A stretch of DNA of 64,000 nucleotides from Solirubrobacterales bacterium (GTDB taxonomy: Bacteria > Actinomycetota > Thermoleophilia > Solirubrobacterales > 70-9). Below the pieces are notes generated by a model. The model saw nothing but the letters and a program-made list of their open reading frames with translations. It was not told the DNA's origin and did not search any database. The stretch covers positions 3,374-67,373 of the forward strand of contig JAOPZF010000188.1 of assembly GCA_025964255.1 (NCBI GenBank), read 5' to 3'. The translations under genes and the position numbers were made by a program. Shown here piece after piece: positions 54,823-64,000 of the stretch (positions are counted from its first letter, which is position 1; every line of letters starts with the position of its first letter).

Positions 54823-56181
54823 GTGACCGATTTCTGGTGCGAGTACGCCTGGCTCGGCGGTGAGGAGGCGACGCCCGGCGTGCTGGTCGGGGTCGAGGGG
54901 GAACGGATCGTCACCGTCCGCATCGGCGTCGCCGAGGCGCCGCAGGGCGCCGTCGCCCTCTCCGGCTACACGCTGCCCGGCCTCGCCAACGCCCACTCGC
55001 ACGCCTTCCAGCGCGCCTTCCGCGGCAAGACCGAGGTCGGCCCGGGGACCTTCTGGACCTGGCGCGAGGAGATGTACGCGGCGGCGGCGCGGCTCGATCC
55101 GGACCTCTACTTCGCGCTCGCGCGGGCGACCTTCGGCGAGATGGCGCTCGCCGGGGTCACCAGCGTCGGCGAGTTCCACTACGTCCACCACGCCCCCGAT
55201 GGCTCTCCTTATGAGGACCCCAACGCGATGGGCGTGGCGGTGATCGCGGCGGCGCGCGAGGCGGGAATCCGGATCACGCTGCTCGACACTTGCTATCTGC
55301 ACGGCGGGATCGGCCTGGACCCGACCGAGGGGCAGCGGCGCTTCTCCGACGGGACGGCGGAGCGCTGGGCCGAGCGGGTCGGGGCGCTGGAGGGTGGGCC
55401 GACGGTGCGGATCGGCGCCGCGATCCACAGCGTGCGCGCGGTCGCGCCGGAGGAGGCGGCGGTGGTCGCCGCGTGGGCTCGCGAGCGCGAGGTGCCGTTG
55501 CACGCCCACGTCTCCGAGCAGCCCGACGAGAACGCCGCGTCCATCGCCGCCTACGGGCGCACACCGACCGAGGTGCTGGCCGAGGCCGGCGCCCTCGGCG
55601 AGCGCTTCACCGCGGTCCACGTCACCCACCCGAGCGAGCGCGACCGCGAGCTGCTCGGCGCGGCCGGCGCCACCGCCTGCTTCTGCCCGACCACCGAGCG
55701 CAACCTCGCCGACGGGATCGGGCCCGCGTCTGGCTTGCGAGCGGCCGGGGCGCGCCTCGCGGTCGGCAGCGACTCGCAGGCGGTCATCGACCTCTTCGAG
55801 GAGTGCCGCGCGATCGAGCTCGACGAGCGCCTGGCCCGACTCGAGCGCGGCAACCAGGACGCCGCTGCTCTGCTCACGGCGGCGACGGCGGATGTCCAGC
55901 GGGCGATCGGCTGGCCCGAGGCGGGAGCGATCGAACGCGGGCGGCTCGCCGACCTCGTCAACCTCTCCGGCGACGGCGTCCGCCTCGCCGGGATCACTCC
56001 GGAGACCGCAGCGCCGTCGATCGTCTTCGCGGCTGCCGCGGCCGACGTCACCAACGTCATCGTCGGCGGCGAGTTCGTCGTCCGCGACGGCGCGCACGTC
56101 ACGCTCGACGTCGCGAGCGAGCTGAACGAATCGATCGCGGCGCTCAGCGGGGACGACGTGAGCGACGGAGGTGCCTGGTGA
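54823..56181 (+). CDS. hutF: formimidoylglutamate deiminase
   Basis: [29 protein letters not shown] and EGQRRFSDG closely match HutF signatures as I recall them. Confidence 0.85.
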   Translation: MTDFWCEYAWLGGEEATPGVLVGVEGERIVTVRIGVAEAPQGAVALSGYTLPGLANAHSHAFQRAFRGKTEVGPGTFWTWREEMYAAAARLDPDLYFALARATFGEMALAGVTSVGEFHYVHHAPDGSPYEDPNAMGVAVIAAAREAGIRITLLDTCYLHGGIGLDPTEGQRRFSDGTAERWAERVGALEGGPTVRIGAAIHSVRAVAPEEAAVVAAWAREREVPLHAHVSEQPDENAASIAAYGRTPTEVLAEAGALGERFTAVHVTHPSERDRELLGAAGATACFCPTTERNLADGIGPASGLRAAGARLAVGSDSQAVIDLFEECRAIELDERLARLERGNQDAAALLTAATADVQRAIGWPEAGAIERGRLADLVNLSGDGVRLAGITPETAAPSIVFAAAAADVTNVIVGGEFVVRDGAHVTLDVASELNESIAALSGDDVSDGGAW

Positions 56182-57356
56182 GCTCGCTCGCGATCGACAA
56201 CATCGGCCTGCTGATCACCAACGAGCCGAGCCTCGGTGGCGACGGGCCCCTTGGTGAGCTTCGTGACGCCGCCGTCGTATTCGAGGACGGGGTGGTGGTC
56301 GCGGTCGAGCGGGCCGGGGTCGACGCCGACGATCGGGTCGACGCCGGCGGCTGCTGCGTCATGCCCGGCTTCGTCGACAGCCACACGCACCTGGTCTTCG
56401 CCGGCGACCGCTCCGCCGAGTTCGCCGCGCGGATGGCGGGCGCCCCCTACGAGGCTGGCGGCATCCGGGTGACCTCGGAGGCGACGCGCGCCGCCGGCGC
56501 GGCGGAGCTCGAGCGCCTCGCCCGAGCGCGCCGGGCCGAGGGAGTCCGCGCCGGGATCACCCACGTCGAGATCAAGTCCGGCTACGGCCTCGACGTCGCC
56601 GCCGAAGCGAAGTCCTGCGAGGTGGCGGCGAAGATCACCGACGACGTCACCTTCCTCGGTGCCCACGTCGTCCCGGCCGAGTTCGAGTCGGACCCCGACG
56701 CATATGTGGCGCTCGTCTGCGGCGAGATGCTCGCCGCCTGCGCGCCGCTCTGCCGCTGGATCGACGCCTTCTGCGAGACCGGCGCCTTCACCGCTGAGCA
56801 GTGCCGCGCGGTGCTCGAGGCGGGCCGCGCCGCCGGACTCGGCCTGCGCCTGCACGGCAACCAGCTCGGGCCGGGGGAGGGCGTCCGGCTCGCGGTCGAG
56901 CTCGGCGCCGCCTCGGTCGACCACTGCACCTACCTCACCGACGACGACATCGAGGCGCTGGCCGGCTCCCGCACCGTCGCGACCTTCCTGCCGGCGACCG
57001 ACTTCTCGACCCGCCAGCCCTACCCGGACGCTCGCCGCGTCATCGACGCCGGCGCCACCGTCGCGCTCGCCACGAACACCAACCCTGGCTCGAGCAACAC
57101 CACCTCGATGGCGTTCTGCATCGCCATCGCCGTCCGCGACATGGGGATGACGGTCGCCGAGGCGGTCCGCGCCGCCACCCTCGGCGGCGCCGAAGCCCTC
57201 CAGCGCACCGATATTGGCCGCCTCGCCCCCGGCTGCCGCGCCGACGCGATCGTCCTCGACGCCGCCTCACCCACCGACTTCGTCTACCGCCCCGGCGTGC
57301 CGCTGGTCCGCGAAGTCTTCGCCGCCGGCCGCACCGCCTGGTCGGCCGCCGACTGA
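56178..57356 (+). CDS. hutI: imidazolonepropionase
   Basis: [15 protein letters not shown] and TNPGSS motifs. GTG start overlaps the hutF stop (GTGA). Confidence 0.9.
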   Translation: MSSLAIDNIGLLITNEPSLGGDGPLGELRDAAVVFEDGVVVAVERAGVDADDRVDAGGCCVMPGFVDSHTHLVFAGDRSAEFAARMAGAPYEAGGIRVTSEATRAAGAAELERLARARRAEGVRAGITHVEIKSGYGLDVAAEAKSCEVAAKITDDVTFLGAHVVPAEFESDPDAYVALVCGEMLAACAPLCRWIDAFCETGAFTAEQCRAVLEAGRAAGLGLRLHGNQLGPGEGVRLAVELGAASVDHCTYLTDDDIEALAGSRTVATFLPATDFSTRQPYPDARRVIDAGATVALATNTNPGSSNTTSMAFCIAIAVRDMGMTVAEAVRAATLGGAEALQRTDIGRLAPGCRADAIVLDAASPTDFVYRPGVPLVREVFAAGRTAWSAAD

Positions 57357-57424
57357 GCCCCCAGGTATCGCCGCCGCGGGCCGGCCGGTAACAACCGCCG
57401 CGGTGCCGAACATCTAACTGTCAG

Positions 57425-58006
57425 ATGCGCCCGTTGGAGGATCGATTGCAGCCGGAACCCGATATCTACCGGGGTCGCTTCGAGCGCTGCTTCGACGAGC
57501 ACTACGTGCGGATCTTCGCCTTCGCCACGCGGCGGGTCTCCGGGCGCGAGAGCGCCGAGGACGTCGTCGCCGACACCTTCGCGATCGCCTGGCGGCGGCG
57601 CGACCGGATCCCGGAGGAGGCGTTGCCGTGGCTGTACGCGATCGCCGCCAACGTGATCGCCAACCAGTACCGGTCGAGCCATCGGCGCCACAACTTGGGG
57701 GAGCGGCTGGCGCGAGAGGCGAGCGTCGCCGCCCCGGGGACCGATCCCGCCGATTCGCTGGGCGGCCGCGACGAGCTCGCCGCCGCGCTGGCGCGGCTCG
57801 ACGAGGCCGAGCGGGAGGTGCTGCGGCTGGTTGCCTGGGAGGGGCTCTCGACCGGCGACGGCGCCCGCGTCGTCGGCTGCTCGCCGGGCGCGTTCCGGGT
57901 GCGGCTGCATCGCGCCCGCCGCAAGCTCGCCAAGGAGCTGAAGACCACTGGACAACGACCCCGCGAGAATTGCCGACCGTCGCGGACGGTCGAGGAGGGA
58001 TCATGA
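57425..58006 (+). CDS. ECF-type RNA polymerase sigma factor
   Basis: Region 2 (AEDVVADTFAIAWRR) and region 4 (EREVLRLVAWEGLS...RVRLHRARRKL). Confidence 0.85.
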   Translation: MRPLEDRLQPEPDIYRGRFERCFDEHYVRIFAFATRRVSGRESAEDVVADTFAIAWRRRDRIPEEALPWLYAIAANVIANQYRSSHRRHNLGERLAREASVAAPGTDPADSLGGRDELAAALARLDEAEREVLRLVAWEGLSTGDGARVVGCSPGAFRVRLHRARRKLAKELKTTGQRPRENCRPSRTVEEGS

Positions 58007-59244
58007 GCGACACCGTCCGAGACGACGACCTGCTGGGCCGGCTGCGGCTGGCGGATCCGGTCGACCTGGCCGAGCTGGAGCCGGCGGTCGCGCCGCTGCG
58101 TGACCGGATCAAGACGCGGGCGATCGCCCAGGGCAGCACGCCGAGCGAGCCGATCCCGGCCGGCGACCGCGTCGCGATCGAGACGGGCGCGGCCGGCCGG
58201 GGCGGATTCCGTGGCCGGCGCCGCTGGCTCCCGCTCGGCTTCGCCTCGCTGACCGCTGCCGTCGTCCTCGCCGCCGTGCTCGTCTTCTCCGGCAGCTCGA
58301 TCGACTCGGGCCCGGGGGCGAACCCCGGCTTCGCCGACGCCGCGGTCAAGGTCGCCGAAGCCAACCCGCGGCTGCTGATCACCGCGCCGGGCTGGCGGAT
58401 CGAAGAAGCGCGTAGCTTCAAGCCCCAGAGGGGGCAGCTGGAACTCGGCGACGGCTCCCACCAGGTCCACCTCGCCTGGGGCCCCGCCGTCGACCGGAGC
58501 GCGTCGCTCTACAACACTGGCGGCGAAGGGCGGGTGGCGGGGACCTGGAACGAAACGATCGCGGGGCGGAAGGCGATCGTCTTCCACCTCGAAGCGGGCC
58601 CGACCGGCAGCTACTTCACGACGATCTTTCCGGCCGAAGGCGGCGTCTTCGTGTCGCTCGGCGGCGCCTTCGCGAAGCGGAGCGAATGGGAGGCGCTGAT
58701 GGCGAGCGTGCGGGCGGTCGACGTCGAGGAATGGCTCGAAGCGATGCCCGGCGAGATCCTGCGGCCGGGAGCCTTCAACGCGGAAGTGACGCGGATGCTC
58801 CACGGCGTCCCCGTCCCGTCCGGCTTCGACGCCACGGCGGCGATCGAACCGACCGAGCTCACCAACCGCTTCCAGGCGGCGAAGAAGCTGACCCAGGCGG
58901 TCACCTGCGAATGGGTGCGGAGCTGGGACGGCGCCCGCCGGGAAGGCGACGAGGCCGGCGCCCGCGAAGCGGTCGAGGCGATGTCCGGCGCCAGTCACTG
59001 GCCGGTGCTCCTGCGGATGGTCCGCGAAAAGGGCTACCAGGGCGCCTCTCTACCGGCGCCCGGCTACGGCTGGCCGACCTCGATCATCACGATCGGCCAC
59101 CAGATGGCCGCCGGCCGCCTCGAACGCGAACGCGCGTTGACGGAGTCGGGCGGCAAGGTGACCGCGTCCGGCTTCGTGATCCCGAAGGGCGCCTACCCGC
59201 CCGACCGCGTGAGCTGCTTCCCGCCCGGCGGGGGTGCGGGCTAG
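58003..59244 (+). CDS. putative anti-sigma factor / membrane protein co-transcribed with the ECF sigma
   Basis: ATGA overlap with the sigma gene. Single TM helix (WLPLGFASLTAAVVLAAVLVF) and a large extracytoplasmic domain. Confidence 0.55.
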   Translation: MSDTVRDDDLLGRLRLADPVDLAELEPAVAPLRDRIKTRAIAQGSTPSEPIPAGDRVAIETGAAGRGGFRGRRRWLPLGFASLTAAVVLAAVLVFSGSSIDSGPGANPGFADAAVKVAEANPRLLITAPGWRIEEARSFKPQRGQLELGDGSHQVHLAWGPAVDRSASLYNTGGEGRVAGTWNETIAGRKAIVFHLEAGPTGSYFTTIFPAEGGVFVSLGGAFAKRSEWEALMASVRAVDVEEWLEAMPGEILRPGAFNAEVTRMLHGVPVPSGFDATAAIEPTELTNRFQAAKKLTQAVTCEWVRSWDGARREGDEAGAREAVEAMSGASHWPVLLRMVREKGYQGASLPAPGYGWPTSIITIGHQMAAGRLERERALTESGGKVTASGFVIPKGAYPPDRVSCFPPGGGAG

Positions 59245-59552
59245 GCGCGGTCCTTCAGCTCGAGCACGTCGAACGACCAGATCTCGCTGCCCGTCCCGAC
59301 CGGTCCCTGCTCCCGGTGCTGGGAATGACCGGTGGCGAAGTCGGCGCTTTTCAGCCAGCCCTGGAAGTCGTCCTCGGAGCGCCAGCGGGTGAGGACGAGG
59401 CAGATGTCCCGATCGTCGTTGGGTCGCAGCAGCTCGAAGGACTCGAACCCCTCGGCCTCCTCGACTTTCCCGGCGCGGGAGGCGAAGCGCTCGGCGAACT
59501 CCCCGAAGCGCTCGCGGGGGACGGTGATCGCGTTGATCTTGACGATGCTCAT
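59241..59552 (-). CDS. antibiotic-biosynthesis-monooxygenase (ABM) fold protein (IsdG/MhuD-like)
   Basis: 103 aa, MSIVKINAITVPRERFGEFAERF...FESFELLRP...VLTRWRSEDDFQGW. Confidence 0.7.
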   Translation of the reverse strand: MSIVKINAITVPRERFGEFAERFASRAGKVEEAEGFESFELLRPNDDRDICLVLTRWRSEDDFQGWLKSADFATGHSQHREQGPVGTGSEIWSFDVLELKDRA

Positions 59553-59694
59553 ACGCCGGATCCTACGGGTGCCGCCTCTCCGCAAATTTTTAGGTTCCCG
59601 CGTCGCTCGGCTTGAACGCCGCGCGGTCCCGCGACGTACGCCGGGCACATTCACCGGGACCGGCCCATTGGCCACCCCTACAAGGAGGCATGGA

Positions 59695-60276
59695 ATGAAA
59701 CGGTCCTACCTGGCCGTAGGAGCGCTGGCGCTCGTCGCGGCGATGTTGATCGCCGGCTGTGGCGGTGGCGGTTCCTCGTCGAGCACGACCAGCACCGAAG
59801 CGAGCGAAGCAGCGCCGGCCGAAACCGAAGCGAAGGAAGAAAAGCCCACGGCCGAAGAAACGGCGGCGAAGCCCGCCGCGGAAGCTGAAGCCGAACCCGA
59901 AGGGGAACCGACGCCGATCTCCCTCGGCGAAGCCTCCGGGGTGGGGAAGGTCCTCGTCGACTCGGAAGGGATGACCCTCTACTACTTCCAGAAAGATCAG
60001 AAAGGGAGCGGCAAATCCAAGTGCGAAGGCGCCTGCGCAGAAGCCTGGCCGCCACTGATCACCGAAGGCGAACCGGAAGCGATGAAGGGCGTCAAGACGG
60101 CGATGCTGGGGACTATCGAACGCAAAGACGGCTCTACTCAGGTCACCTACGCCGGCTGGCCCCTCTACACCTTCGTCGCGGACAAGAAGCCCGGCGAAGA
60201 CAACGGCACCGACTCGAAGGGCTTCGGCGCCTCCTGGTACCCGCTCCACTCGAACGGCAAGAAGGGTGGCCACTGA
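59695..60276 (+). CDS. lipoprotein with COG4315/Lipoprotein_15-type repeat
   Basis: Lipobox IAGC, low-complexity linker, then LVDSEGMTLYYF..D...C.G.CA..WPP and GWPLYTF..D repeats. Confidence 0.7.
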   Translation: MKRSYLAVGALALVAAMLIAGCGGGGSSSSTTSTEASEAAPAETEAKEEKPTAEETAAKPAAEAEAEPEGEPTPISLGEASGVGKVLVDSEGMTLYYFQKDQKGSGKSKCEGACAEAWPPLITEGEPEAMKGVKTAMLGTIERKDGSTQVTYAGWPLYTFVADKKPGEDNGTDSKGFGASWYPLHSNGKKGGH

Positions 60277-60392
60277 GGTCAGGTTTCGGGACGTCGACCG
60301 ACGGCGGGGCCATCGCGCTTCTTGACTCGGGCCACAAGCCCCTCGACCCTGTCGAGGGGCTTCGTGTCTTTCCTGAGCGCCCGCGTTCCGGG

Positions 60393-61250
60393 TCAGGCTC
60401 GCGCCGCCGCGATCCGGGGCGCGACCGCGGGGAGAAGCAGGGCCGAGAGGCAGACCATCGCGAAGGCGAGGATCTGGAGGGTGATGCCGAGCGGGCTGGG
60501 GGAGAGGGGATCGCCGAAGACGAGGATGCCGCCGACGATCTGCGTGGCGTTGGCGACCAGGCCCATCAGGCCGATCGTCTCGATCGCCCCGCCCGACTGG
60601 AGGGCGGCGACCGCGGCGTATTGGGCGAGGGCGCCGCAGGCGATGACGACGAGGACGAGCGCGGCGTCAAGGGCGATGCTGCCATCGCCGCCGAGGACGG
60701 CCTTGATCGCGATGCCCGCGAGGGCGAAGAGGAGGCCGGCGAGGACCGCGCGGAGGACGCCGTGTCGTGTTGAAAGTCGGTCGGACCGGTGGCCGAGGGC
60801 GATCGCCGCGGCGAGCAGGATGAGGCCGCCCTCGAAGCTGAGGATCCCGGCCAGGGAGAAGGACGAGTCGGAGCCGTGGAAGCGCGGCAGGGTGACGACG
60901 AGGAGGACCAGGCCGACCCCGCCGATCGCCAGCGCCGCCCACTGGCGCCGCCCGACCGGTTGGCCGAAGAAGCGCTGCGAGAGGACCGCCAGGGTGACCG
61001 CGCCGCCGGCGAGGATCGCCTGGACGAGCGAGATCGGGGCGAGCGAGAGGGCGGCGACGTGGGCCAGCCAGGCGACCGCGGCGAGCGCCCAACCGGCGGC
61101 GAACCAGCGCGAGCTCGCGAGGTCGCGCAGGCCCGCGAGCTTCTTGGAACCGGAGACGGAGGCGGTGTCCTGGCAACCGCGATGCTTCAGGAGCGAGGCG
61201 AGATTCGTCGCCACCGCCACCAGCACCGCTAGTCCGATCCCGATCTCCAC
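60393..61250 (-). CDS. multi-pass membrane protein (DMT/EamA-like)
   Basis: About 9-10 hydrophobic helices. No specific motif. Confidence 0.5.
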   Translation of the reverse strand: MEIGIGLAVLVAVATNLASLLKHRGCQDTASVSGSKKLAGLRDLASSRWFAAGWALAAVAWLAHVAALSLAPISLVQAILAGGAVTLAVLSQRFFGQPVGRRQWAALAIGGVGLVLLVVTLPRFHGSDSSFSLAGILSFEGGLILLAAAIALGHRSDRLSTRHGVLRAVLAGLLFALAGIAIKAVLGGDGSIALDAALVLVVIACGALAQYAAVAALQSGGAIETIGLMGLVANATQIVGGILVFGDPLSPSPLGITLQILAFAMVCLSALLLPAVAPRIAAARA

Positions 61251-61256
61251 CGTGGC

Positions 61257-61616
61257 CTAGTTATCGGCCGGTGCCGCGCCGGTACTGAGGGGAATGTCGA
61301 TTTCGTCGCGGACGGCGGCGACGGCCATGGTCGAGGTGCGGCAGGCGCTGGCGATCACACGGTTCGCCGAGTCGGGGCTGCGCGAAATCTCGAACCGGAT
61401 CAGCGCTTTGCGTCGCAGCTTCGCCCGAGCTTCGCCGGTGATCGTCTCCGGCAGCAGCTCCATCGCCTCGTCGGCGGCCCGGGCCCTGCTGCACGACAGG
61501 CAGTAGGCGAGCCCTCCGGAGGTGGTCCAGGTGGGTGGCAGCGGCGAGGGGCGATCGTCGATCTGCCCGGCCGAGACCTCACAGCGGGCGCAACTCCATC
61601 TGACCTCCGAGCGCAC
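61257..61616 (-). CDS. hypothetical protein with CxxC...CxxC zinc-ribbon-like N-terminus
   Basis: SCARCEV...YCLSCS cysteine pairs. Confidence 0.4.
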   Translation of the reverse strand: MRSEVRWSCARCEVSAGQIDDRPSPLPPTWTTSGGLAYCLSCSRARAADEAMELLPETITGEARAKLRRKALIRFEISRSPDSANRVIASACRTSTMAVAAVRDEIDIPLSTGAAPADN

Positions 61617-61863
61617 ATCGTGGGCGTCGACGACCGACGGGGAAGTGCCGAGTTCGGCGAGCGTGGCGATCCTGTGTCTCCTGCCTGTGAACTGCTGGGG
61701 AGATCCTGCGACCCCGAGGCAAGAAAGCGCGTGGAGGAAACGGAACCTCTCGGGCGACGAATCGGCCGCACCGACCTATTCACCGTAGCAGGGGATCGGC
61801 GCCCCGTCACGGGAACAGCCGGCGTCGCAAGTCCGCGAACCGAATTCGTCGCGGGGGGTAAGA

Positions 61864-63063
61864 ATGGGTGTGGGAGTGCGACGGCTATGGCTATGGATCG
61901 GCGTCTGGCTCGGTAGCAGGGCGCTGATTGTCTGGGAGATCGGCTTCTGGGCCGCGGGGCATCCGTGGCTGCAGGATGTCGTCAACTACGAACGGTGGGC
62001 GTTCTTCCTCACCGGGCACGGAGAATTTCCCGGCGGAAACGGGTGGCAATATCCGCCGGGGGCGGGGCTCTTGATGTTGGTCCCGCGGCTGGTCCCGGTC
62101 GGCTACGGGGAAGCTTGGGTCGGGTTGATGCTGGTGGTCGATTTCGCCGGCTTCCTGCTGTTGGCCCGGCTCGCTCGGCGTTCGGGAAAAGAAGGCGGGG
62201 TATGGATCTGGCTGCTCGGGCTCCCGTTGCTCGGCGTGCTCCCGTGGCTGCGGTTCGACCTCGTGCCGACCGTGATCGCGATCGGGGCGCTGGTCGTCAT
62301 CCACCGTCGGCCCGGCTGGTTCGGGGTGCTCGTGGGGCTCGGCGCGGCGATCAAGGTCTGGCCGGTCCTCCTGCTTGTCGGGGAGTGGGATCGGCGGCGC
62401 CTGCTGAGGAGTGCGCTCGCGGCGGCCGCGGTGATCGTGACGGTCTTGCTCGTCTCGGCGATCGCGTTCGGCAACGCGACCCACTTCTTCTCGAATGGCG
62501 GCGGTCGCGGCCTGCAGGAGGAAGCGGTCGCCACCATCCCCTGGCAGGTAGGGAGGATCTTCGGCGATCCCTATTCGCGCCAGGTCCACTTCGGCGCCTG
62601 GCAGATCGTCGCGCCGGGGGCGGCGACCGTCGGGGCCCTGCTCAAGCTGTTGACCTTCGCCGCGCTGGTCGGCGCGGCCGCGTGCTGGTGGTGGCGGAAC
62701 AAGGAGATCCGGACGGGTCGCTCTGAGCTGGCCGAGGACTCCGTCAGTCGCGATCTCATCTTCGCGGTCGTCTTGGCCGTCATCGTGACCAGCCCGGTGC
62801 TCAGTCCCCAGTACATGGTCTGGCTGCTTGGTCTAGCGGCGGTGGTCATCAGCGCCGGACCGACCCGCTTGGGACGTCCGGCCTGGATCGTGGTCGGGGC
62901 GACGGCGTTGTCGGCAACGCACTTCCGTTCTCCCGAGGTGATCCTCGTCCGTGACCTCGCGCTCCTGTTCGCCGCGGTCGACGCGGCGGCGACGATGGGG
63001 CGGCTGTTGCGGCCGCGCGCCGGCCGACAAAGCCCCGGGGTGGGGACGCCGATCGTTATGTGA
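61864..63063 (+). CDS. polytopic membrane glycosyltransferase (GT87/DUF2029-like)
   Basis: Many TM helices. GAAIKVWPVLLL motif typical of DUF2029 mannosyltransferases. Confidence 0.55.
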   Translation: MGVGVRRLWLWIGVWLGSRALIVWEIGFWAAGHPWLQDVVNYERWAFFLTGHGEFPGGNGWQYPPGAGLLMLVPRLVPVGYGEAWVGLMLVVDFAGFLLLARLARRSGKEGGVWIWLLGLPLLGVLPWLRFDLVPTVIAIGALVVIHRRPGWFGVLVGLGAAIKVWPVLLLVGEWDRRRLLRSALAAAAVIVTVLLVSAIAFGNATHFFSNGGGRGLQEEAVATIPWQVGRIFGDPYSRQVHFGAWQIVAPGAATVGALLKLLTFAALVGAAACWWWRNKEIRTGRSELAEDSVSRDLIFAVVLAVIVTSPVLSPQYMVWLLGLAAVVISAGPTRLGRPAWIVVGATALSATHFRSPEVILVRDLALLFAAVDAAATMGRLLRPRAGRQSPGVGTPIVM

Positions 63064-63111
63064 CTTTGGTTCGCGCCGAAAGGAAGGCCGGGGAGGGCGC
63101 GTTCATGTCGT

Positions 63112-63606
63112 GTGTCGACCCGGCTTCATCCCGCCGTCCTTTCCGGGGCCTTCGTGCTCGCCGCGTTCCTCTTCGCCTTCGCCCAGGCGGGTGAGGCGAA
63201 CGCGGAGGCGGCTCCGCCGTCGGAAGGCTGGGGCGCGGCCTACGAACGCGCGGCGGTCGAATACTGGGGAGAGACGGCCACGCGGTGTGAAGGCGGCACC
63301 GTCGACTTCGACTCTTCGTTGCCGCTCGCCCATCGACTCGAACAGGGCGAAGGTCGGGTCCTCGGTCGGGCCACCGTCGCCGAAGCCCCGGGCGGGCACT
63401 GTTATATGTGGATCGCGCCGCTGCCCGGCCGCGGCGTCTACTTCCGCTGCGTCCTCTTCGCCCACGAGTACGGGCACTGGCTCGGCTATCCCGACAGCCC
63501 GAGCGACCCCTCGCGATCGGTGGCGGCCGAACTCCTCGGCGGATACACCGTCGACGCTCCCTGCCATCGCCTCGTCGAAACGGTGCGGTCCGAAAACTCG
63601 GACTGA
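63112..63606 (+). CDS. secreted hypothetical protein with an HExxH-type motif
   Basis: Signal peptide (AVLSGAFVLAAFLFAFAQAGEANA). FAHEYGHWLG motif. Confidence 0.5.
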   Translation: MSTRLHPAVLSGAFVLAAFLFAFAQAGEANAEAAPPSEGWGAAYERAAVEYWGETATRCEGGTVDFDSSLPLAHRLEQGEGRVLGRATVAEAPGGHCYMWIAPLPGRGVYFRCVLFAHEYGHWLGYPDSPSDPSRSVAAELLGGYTVDAPCHRLVETVRSENSD

Positions 63607-63710
63607 GGCCGAGGGCGCGGCGTTCGGCCGCTTCCTCGAAAGTCAAGTTTCGATCCGCACCTAGGGGGTAGCCCTCAGATCGGAGCTAGAACGACCTGGG
63701 GAGGTTCGAA

Positions 63711-64000
63711 GTGGCGATCCGAAAACGGCCGGCGATCCTTGCGCTGGCATTGGTCTTGTCCCTGCTCACCGGCTTGGTCCTGGCCGGAGCAGGAGGCGTC
63801 TTTGCCGGCACCCGGCCGACCGACCGTGGTGTGCCGCGCGGCGGCCATCCCGGCGGCGGTTGGTGGCATGGCGGCCACGGCGGGCACGGCGGTGGTGACA
63901 TCAACGGCAAGGTCAACGCGCTCATCGGGCAGATGACGACGCACGAAAAGCTCGAGCAGCTGACCCTCTCCTCCGACGCCCAGGCGACGACCGAAAGCGC
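63711..64000 (+). CDS. 5' part of a secreted glycoside hydrolase (GH3-like), continuing past the window end
   Basis: GTG start with GGGGAGG SD. Signal/TM segment and a His/Gly-rich tract, then VNALIGQMTTHEKLEQL, which resembles the GH3 N-terminal MTLEEKxGQL motif. Confidence 0.45.
   Translation, partial: MAIRKRPAILALALVLSLLTGLVLAGAGGVFAGTRPTDRGVPRGGHPGGGWWHGGHGGHGGGDINGKVNALIGQMTTHEKLEQLTLSSDAQATTES

Noticed and set aside
52327-56097. 1256-aa minus-strand ORF across the hut operon.
   Set aside because: It is antisense to hutH, hutU, def and hutF, all of which carry unmistakable family motifs. Its Arg/Ala/Gly/Asp-rich low-complexity translation is typical of open antisense frames in high-GC DNA.
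61617-61863. The 247-nt intergenic region upstream of the GT87-like gene, considered as a riboswitch.
   Set aside because: No block matches any riboswitch class I can recall. It is left unannotated.

Overview
High-GC (roughly 70%) actinobacterial-type chromosomal segment; the taxon is an inference from composition and gene families. Most of the window is ordinary housekeeping or accessory metabolism: ferredoxin, Mrp/ApbC, cyclophilin, pyruvate kinase, PBP4, cold-shock protein, a hutH-hutU-def-hutF-hutI histidine-utilisation operon, an ECF sigma/anti-sigma pair, and three tRNAs. The unusual part is 18.3-37.5 kb. An intact tRNA-Arg(ACG) is followed by four further direct copies of its own 3' half. 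These copies delimit four tandem islets, and I recognise no integrase in any of them. Islet 1 (~10 kb, visibly less GC-rich) is a defence island with three parts. First, a Vsr / C5-cytosine methyltransferase / putative restriction endonuclease cassette. Second, a GmrSD-type (DUF262+DUF1524) type IV enzyme. Third, a two-gene operon: a 1156-aa Hanks-type Ser/Thr kinase fused to an SF1 (Upf1/DNA2-like) helicase, translationally coupled to a 440-aa protein with a PLD-like C-terminal domain whose HKD motif is non-canonical. This pair resembles type I Mokosh but may be a variant, and it is my best candidate for the system of interest. Islets 2-4 carry a CSLREA beta-helix secreted protein, a MazF toxin-antitoxin pair plus gene remnants, and a signalling cassette (EAL phosphodiesterase, XRE-MEDS regulator with a tandem palindromic operator, LLM oxidoreductase-hemerythrin fusion). 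Other observations: a probable cyclic-di-AMP (ydaO-type) riboswitch upstream of an NlpC/P60 hydrolase, an intact peptide-deformylase paralogue inside a hut operon that lacks hutG, a frameshifted M23 peptidase, an LtrA gene without a canonical start codon, and two TA modules with related antitoxin N-termini but unrelated toxins. All family calls come from motif recognition by eye; no database search was run. Many long ORFs in the supplied track are antisense or alternative-frame artefacts of the high GC content and were rejected.
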